Source: Eggerthellaceae bacterium (GTDB lineage: Bacteria > Spirochaetota > Spirochaetia > Sphaerochaetales > Sphaerochaetaceae). Taken from it: a stretch of DNA of 51,438 bases. How positions within the stretch are numbered: position 1 is the first letter of the stretch; the number at the start of each line of letters is the position of its first letter. The DNA is taken from assembly GCA_963646155.1 (NCBI GenBank), contig CAVIUT010000002.1, positions 1 to 51,438 of the forward strand, in the 5' to 3' direction. Below the pieces are notes generated by a model. It was given only the letters and a program-made list of their open reading frames with translations, searched no databases and was not told the DNA's origin. This document shows positions 47,070 through 51,438 of this stretch, in pieces. Both the position numbers and the translations under genes were made by a program.

Positions 47070-48946
47070 ATACACTCAAGAACAGAAAAGCCCTGATAAA
47101 ACTCAGGGAAGACCTCAAGAGCGGGTATATAAACCAGACAAGAAAGATAATCGTATGCGGAGGAACGGGATGTGTCGCAGGTGGCTCACTCAGAATCTAT
47201 GACGAGTTTAAATCAATTCTCGAGGAGAACGGCCTTTATGTTGCGCTTGCCTTGGAGAAGGAACCACACGACAACGAGGTAGGTCTCAAGAAGAGTGGCT
47301 GCCACGGTTTCTGCGAGATGGGGCCCCTTGTGAGAATCGAGCCTGAAGGTTATCTCTACACGAAGGTGAAGGTCGAGGACTGTCGGGAGATTGTTGAAAA
47401 GACAATCGTCAAGGGCGAATGTGTCGAGCGCCTGAGTTATAAGACCGGTGGTCAGATTTACCGTAAGCAGGAGGAGATTCCCTTCTACCACCAGCAGAGC
47501 AGAGTCGTGCTCGAACACTGTGGAAGAATAGACGCAGACAGTATCTACGAGTACATAGCAATCGGCGGCTACGAGGCATTGGAGAAGGCTCTTTTCGATA
47601 TGACGGGAGATGAAATAGTAAATGAAATCTCCACTTCCATTCTTCGCGGTCGAGGAGGCGGAGGTTTTCCTACAGGAAAGAAGTGGGAACAGGTGAAAAG
47701 AGCAGAAGGCGCGAAGAAATACGTTGTCTGTAACGGAGACGAAGGAGACCCCGGTGCATTCATGGACCGCTCGATTATGGAGGGCGACCCCCACAGAATG
47801 CTTGAAGGCATGATGATTGCAGGTCGTGCAGTTGGAGCCGAAGAGGGATATATCTATGTCAGGGCTGAATATCCACTGGCGGTAAAGAGGCTTGAGAGGG
47901 CTATTAGCGAGGCCATGGAGATAGGAATACTCGGTGAGAATATACTCGGCTCGGGATTCAATTTTGTTATTCACATTGCAAAGGGCGCGGGGGCATTCGT
48001 ATGCGGGGAGGGCTCTGCATTGACGGCATCCATTGAAGGTAAGAGAGGCTTTCCACGTGTAAAGCCACCTCGTACGACAGAGCACGGACTCTTCAATTCG
48101 CCTACCGTACTCAATAACGTAGAGACATTTGCAACTGTGTCCCAGATAATCCAGAAGGGGGCGGAGTGGTATCTGACAATAGGTACCGCAACAAGCCCGG
48201 GTACAAAGGCTTTTGCGCTTACAGGTAATATTACAAACACAGGACTCATTGAAGTGCCGATGGGAACAACGCTGAGAAAGATTATCTTTGATATAGGCGG
48301 TGGTATGAGAGGCGGCGCAGAGTTCAAGGCCGTCCAGATTGGAGGACCCTCGGGTGCATGTCTTACAAAAGATCATCTGGATTTGCCTCTGGACTTCGAC
48401 AACCTCAAGAAAATCGGAGCGATGATAGGATCTGGAGGCCTTGTTGTCATGGACAGCCACACATGCATGGTTGAAGTTGCACGCTTCTTCATGCACTTTA
48501 CCCAATCAGAGAGCTGTGGTAAGTGTGTGCCATGCCGTGAAGGTACAAAGAGGATGCTTGAGATTCTCGAGCGTATTGTCGACGGCAACGGCAATGAAGG
48601 AGATGTAGAGCTTTTGGAGGAGCTGAGCGATACAATCTCGAATACAGCTCTATGCGGACTGGGAAAGAGTGCCCCCAATCCTGTAGTAAGTACAATCAAG
48701 AACTTCAGGGATGAATATATTGCGCATGTTCGAGATAAAAGATGCCCGGCTGGGCAGTGCCAGAAGCTCAAGAGAATATATATCGACCCGCTTATGTGTA
48801 AGGGGTGTTCGGCCTGTGCCCGCAAGTGCCCTGTCGGCGCTATAAGCGGAATTACTAAACAGCCTTTCGTCCTCGATTTGAAAAAATGCATAAGGTGCGG
48901 AACATGTATCGAAACATGTAAGTTCGGCGCAGTAAAGGAGGCTTGA
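47066..48946 (+). CDS. hydB: NuoF-like NAD(P)H/FMN subunit (HydB/HndC)
   Basis: It has GRGGGGFPTGKKW (FMN/NADH site), ESCGKCVPCREG (N3 cluster) and a C-terminal 2x[4Fe-4S] ferredoxin domain. Confidence 0.92.
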   Translation: MNTLKNRKALIKLREDLKSGYINQTRKIIVCGGTGCVAGGSLRIYDEFKSILEENGLYVALALEKEPHDNEVGLKKSGCHGFCEMGPLVRIEPEGYLYTKVKVEDCREIVEKTIVKGECVERLSYKTGGQIYRKQEEIPFYHQQSRVVLEHCGRIDADSIYEYIAIGGYEALEKALFDMTGDEIVNEISTSILRGRGGGGFPTGKKWEQVKRAEGAKKYVVCNGDEGDPGAFMDRSIMEGDPHRMLEGMMIAGRAVGAEEGYIYVRAEYPLAVKRLERAISEAMEIGILGENILGSGFNFVIHIAKGAGAFVCGEGSALTASIEGKRGFPRVKPPRTTEHGLFNSPTVLNNVETFATVSQIIQKGAEWYLTIGTATSPGTKAFALTGNITNTGLIEVPMGTTLRKIIFDIGGGMRGGAEFKAVQIGGPSGACLTKDHLDLPLDFDNLKKIGAMIGSGGLVVMDSHTCMVEVARFFMHFTQSESCGKCVPCREGTKRMLEILERIVDGNGNEGDVELLEELSDTISNTALCGLGKSAPNPVVSTIKNFRDEYIAHVRDKRCPAGQCQKLKRIYIDPLMCKGCSACARKCPVGAISGITKQPFVLDLKKCIRCGTCIETCKFGAVKEA

Positions 48947-48948
48947 AG

Positions 48949-50640
48949 ATGACTGAATCAGGATATATGTATATAGACGGTGTGCCGGTAGCCATAAACG
49001 GCGAGAAGAATATGCTTCAGGTAATCAGGAAGACAGGTGTCAAGCTTCCGACCTTCTGCTACCACAGCGATCTTTCGATATACGGCGCATGCAGAATGTG
49101 TATGGTTGAGGATGAGAAGGGAGCTTTGTATACAGCATGTTCTACCCCTCCCAGGGCGGGGATGAGTATTAAAACCAATACACAGAGGCTGAGAAAGTAT
49201 AGAAAGAACATTCTCGAGCTTTTACTGGCCAATCACTGCAGGGACTGCACGACATGTGTCAACAACAAGCAGTGTAAGCTTCAGGACCTTGCCGTCAGAT
49301 TTAACATTGACGGTGTGAGATTCCCCAACCGCGCCGAAAGCGAGAGGACCACAAATTCCTCATCGGCAATCGTTTTCGATTCGGGTAAATGCATACTCTG
49401 CGGCGACTGCGTCAGGACATGCCACGAAGTACAGAATGTGGGTGCGATAGACTTTGCGTACCGCGGAAGTAAAATGGTAATATCTACATCTTTTGGCAAG
49501 CCGCTTTCCGATACTGACTGTGTCGGTTGCGGACAGTGTGCCGTTGCATGCCCGACCGGCGCAATAATGACCCGGAGTGATATTTCCCGCGTGTGGGATG
49601 CAATTGAGGACAAGAATACAAAGACAGTTGTCCAGGTTGCACCGGCTGTCCGTGTCGCACTCGGCAATATGACAGATATTAAAGAAGGTAAGGATGTTTC
49701 GCCTCTTATCTTTTCCGCACTTAGGAAGATGGGATTTGATGAGGTTTACGACACATCCTTCGGTGCCGACATTACAGTAATTGAAGAGAGCCGAGAGCTT
49801 TTAGAACGGCTCAAGGACGGCAAAAACCTTCCTATAATTACATCATGCTGTCCTGGATGGATTCAATATTGCGAAAAAAGGCACCCGGAACTTCTGGATA
49901 ACCTCTCCACATGCCGCTCCCCTATGCAGATGCTGGCATCCGTCATCAAGGAAGAGAGGCGGGAAGAGGGTAAGAAGCTCTTCTCTGTTGCCATCATGCC
50001 CTGTACTGCCAAGAAGGTGGAGGCAGAGAGAGTGGAATTCAGAAACAAGAACGGAGAGCCCAATGTCGACGCAATAATTACAACCGAAGAACTTACGCAT
50101 ATGCTCAGGGAAGCAGGAATACTGCTATCAGAGGTAGACCCTGAACCTGTAGACCATCCATATGACTATTCCTCTGGCGCTGGTGTTATCTTCGGTGTAA
50201 CGGGAGGTGTAACGGAAGCGGTATTGAGGGCAGTAATATCTGATAAGTCACGTTCATCACTCATGAAGATAGCTGATGTCGGAGAAAGAGGACTTGACGG
50301 GATAAAGACTTTCGAGCTCAGCACAGAGGATGGAGTCAACGTCCGTGTGGGTGTCGCATCAGGCTTGAAGAATGCCGAGAGTCTTATCGAGAGACTTGAA
50401 GGCGGCGAAAAGTTCGACGTAATCGAGATTATGGCGTGTCCGGGAGGATGTGTTTCAGGCGGTGGCCAGCCATTTGTGCACCTCGATGTAAGAAATGAAA
50501 GAGGAAAGGGCCTTTATGATACAGACAGGATGCTGAGCATAAGGCACTCGGAGGAGAACCCGAGTGTGAAGGCTCTATACGAAAGACTTCTTGACGGGAG
50601 AGGACACGAACTCTTACACGTCAGGTACAAAAAGAAATAA
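48949..50640 (+). CDS. hydA: [FeFe]-hydrogenase catalytic subunit
   Basis: It has H-cluster motifs TSCCPGW, MPCTAKK and EIMACPGGCVSGGGQP, plus N-terminal 2Fe-2S and 4Fe-4S domains. ATG 48949 has an AAGGAGG SD. Confidence 0.93.
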   Translation: MTESGYMYIDGVPVAINGEKNMLQVIRKTGVKLPTFCYHSDLSIYGACRMCMVEDEKGALYTACSTPPRAGMSIKTNTQRLRKYRKNILELLLANHCRDCTTCVNNKQCKLQDLAVRFNIDGVRFPNRAESERTTNSSSAIVFDSGKCILCGDCVRTCHEVQNVGAIDFAYRGSKMVISTSFGKPLSDTDCVGCGQCAVACPTGAIMTRSDISRVWDAIEDKNTKTVVQVAPAVRVALGNMTDIKEGKDVSPLIFSALRKMGFDEVYDTSFGADITVIEESRELLERLKDGKNLPIITSCCPGWIQYCEKRHPELLDNLSTCRSPMQMLASVIKEERREEGKKLFSVAIMPCTAKKVEAERVEFRNKNGEPNVDAIITTEELTHMLREAGILLSEVDPEPVDHPYDYSSGAGVIFGVTGGVTEAVLRAVISDKSRSSLMKIADVGERGLDGIKTFELSTEDGVNVRVGVASGLKNAESLIERLEGGEKFDVIEIMACPGGCVSGGGQPFVHLDVRNERGKGLYDTDRMLSIRHSEENPSVKALYERLLDGRGHELLHVRYKKK

Positions 50641-50681
50641 AGCCTGGCCGGTACTCTTAAGTGGTGCCGGCTTATGTTTTT
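50640..50681 (+). terminator. Terminator after hydA
   Basis: The GC-rich hairpin aagcc(t)ggc...gccggctt is followed by atgttttt. Confidence 0.55.
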
Positions 50682-51139
50682 GCTATAAAGAGGTCGTCCA
50701 GCACAACTTCGTTCTGAATTATACCGCTATACATGTTTTTCTTTACTCCGAAGGTGGTGATTGCAGTCAGGAGTATTGATTTTGACTTTGCCACCGACGT
50801 GCGGAAAGCTTCAATCTTGTTTCTAAGGACTAAGTCATAATCCTTCTCGATGACGTATTCCCCTGTAGAGTACTTTATTTCACATAGGTTGACGGTGTTG
50901 TCGCGCCTGTCGATTACTAAGTCTATCTGTGCTCCTCTTACTGTATCATCACCGATTTTAAACCATGAATATTCCTCGCTGAGTACTCCCGAGATTCCGA
51001 GTTTCTGTTTTACTTGCTGGATGTGATCTCTTACAAGAGACTCAAAGGCATAACCCGACCAGGCTCTCTTGGAAGGAGAATCTAAGGAGTTCATCCATTG
51101 ATGAGCATCAGACCCACGTTTGTTGAGATATTTGAAATG
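50672..51139 (-). pseudogene. C-terminal fragment of an AAA-family ATP-binding protein, interrupted by an IS605-family element
   Basis: HFKYLN...RAWSGYAFESLVRDHIQQVKQKLGISGVL...GAQIDLVIDRRDNTVNLCEIKYS...TTFGVKKNMYSG matches the C-terminal nuclease-like domain of a widespread ATPase family. The N-terminal ~2/3 is absent, and the reading frame runs into IS-end sequence at ~51138. Confidence 0.65.
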
Positions 51140-51300
51140 AACTACCACTCCCATGCGGTGACTTCGTCGTCCTATGGAAATGGTATCTAAACAGTCGTGA
51201 CAGTTACCTGTTTCCAACCTCTCGGCTGTCCGTACCGTTATGGCCTGCTCACGCGACCACTACTCCCTCATCGGGTATACTTTTGCTTTTATATCGCTGA
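51138..51300 (-). ncRNA. Putative omega RNA (reRNA) scaffold of the tnpB element
   Basis: Position only. In characterised TnpB systems the guide RNA spans the tnpB 3' end and the RE, and reads out across the element boundary. The exact 5' end cannot be determined here. Confidence 0.4.
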
Positions 51301-51438
51301 ACCGTAGCGTCCGGGGTTTCTCGAGGTACCCGAAATCCTCTACCTTGTCAAATGCATCCGGAAAAGCCTTTCTCAGGATGTTCGCGGCTCCATTGAGGTC
51401 GGCATTGATTTCCACACCCGTACTGCTTCTGTAAAGCC
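51260..51438 (-). CDS. tnpB: TnpB (IS605 OrfB-type RNA-guided nuclease), C-terminal 58 codons only
   Basis: Minus-strand translation gives ...STGVEINADLNGAANILRKAFPDAF...YPMRE*. INADLNGAANILRK is the RuvC-III signature of TnpB. The stop is at 51260-51262. Confidence 0.8.
   Translation of the reverse strand, partial: LYRSSTGVEINADLNGAANILRKAFPDAFDKVEDFGYLEKPRTLRFSDIKAKVYPMRE

Larger units (their letters stand above)
51138..51438 (-). mobile_element. Partial IS200/IS605-family element (tnpB 3' end plus right end), continuing beyond the window
   Basis: The tnpB C-terminus is followed by ~120 nt of structured non-coding sequence that ends where the ATPase homology resumes. Confidence 0.7.

Noticed and set aside
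47213-48505. 430-aa minus-strand ORF
   Set aside because: It is antisense to the NuoF-like hydB gene, whose motifs are unambiguous. Its composition is Cys/His-rich and consistent with the reverse reading of a Gly/Cys-rich gene.

Overview
This 51.4 kb window is mostly a housekeeping chromosome segment from an anaerobic bacterium. Strong AGGAG-type ribosome-binding sites, a lipoprotein signal, a trimeric [FeFe]-hydrogenase and a Bacteroidetes/spirochaete-style ParC suggest a Treponema-like or related host-associated anaerobe, but that is a low-confidence guess.

Core genes recognised from translated motifs:
- sdaA, leuS, parE/parC-like type IIA topoisomerase, and an RluA-family pseudouridine synthase.
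- A U32 peptidase, a receiver-plus-PEP/pyruvate-binding protein, and gdhA.
- An acyl-ACP thioesterase, rsmD, recG, dnaE, and an XDH-family three-subunit cluster.
- ligA, an aminotransferase, pfk, and hydCBA (NuoE/NuoF-like subunits plus HydA).

Accessory or decaying material interrupts this backbone at five places:
1. 2.8-4.7 kb: an ORF6N remnant, an intact AbiEi-like antitoxin gene with two matching 26-bp inverted-repeat operators, and a frameshifted AbiEii-like toxin gene.
2. 22.0-25.1 kb: an AT-richer islet. It carries a stand-alone EndoU-like RNase toxin, an acidic immunity-like gene and a translationally coupled DUF4417 gene, next to a 306-aa unknown protein. This is my best candidate for an undescribed conflict/defence module.
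3. 27.0-28.1 kb: a WYL-type regulator.
4. 46.2 kb: a solo copy of an IS605-family right-end sequence.
5. 51.1-51.4 kb: a partial IS200/IS605-family element (tnpB 3' end plus putative omega-RNA region) inserted into an ATPase gene.

Other points worth a second look:
- A LacI-controlled DapA-family lyase is paired with an NRAMP-fold transporter that lacks the canonical metal-binding residues.
- The XDH-like large subunit lacks the GGGFGGK-type cofactor loop.
- A promoter-plus-terminator-defined sRNA candidate of about 75 nt lies downstream of the U32 gene.

I saw no rRNA gene, tRNA gene or CRISPR array. All family assignments come from motif recognition by eye and need HMM or BLAST confirmation.
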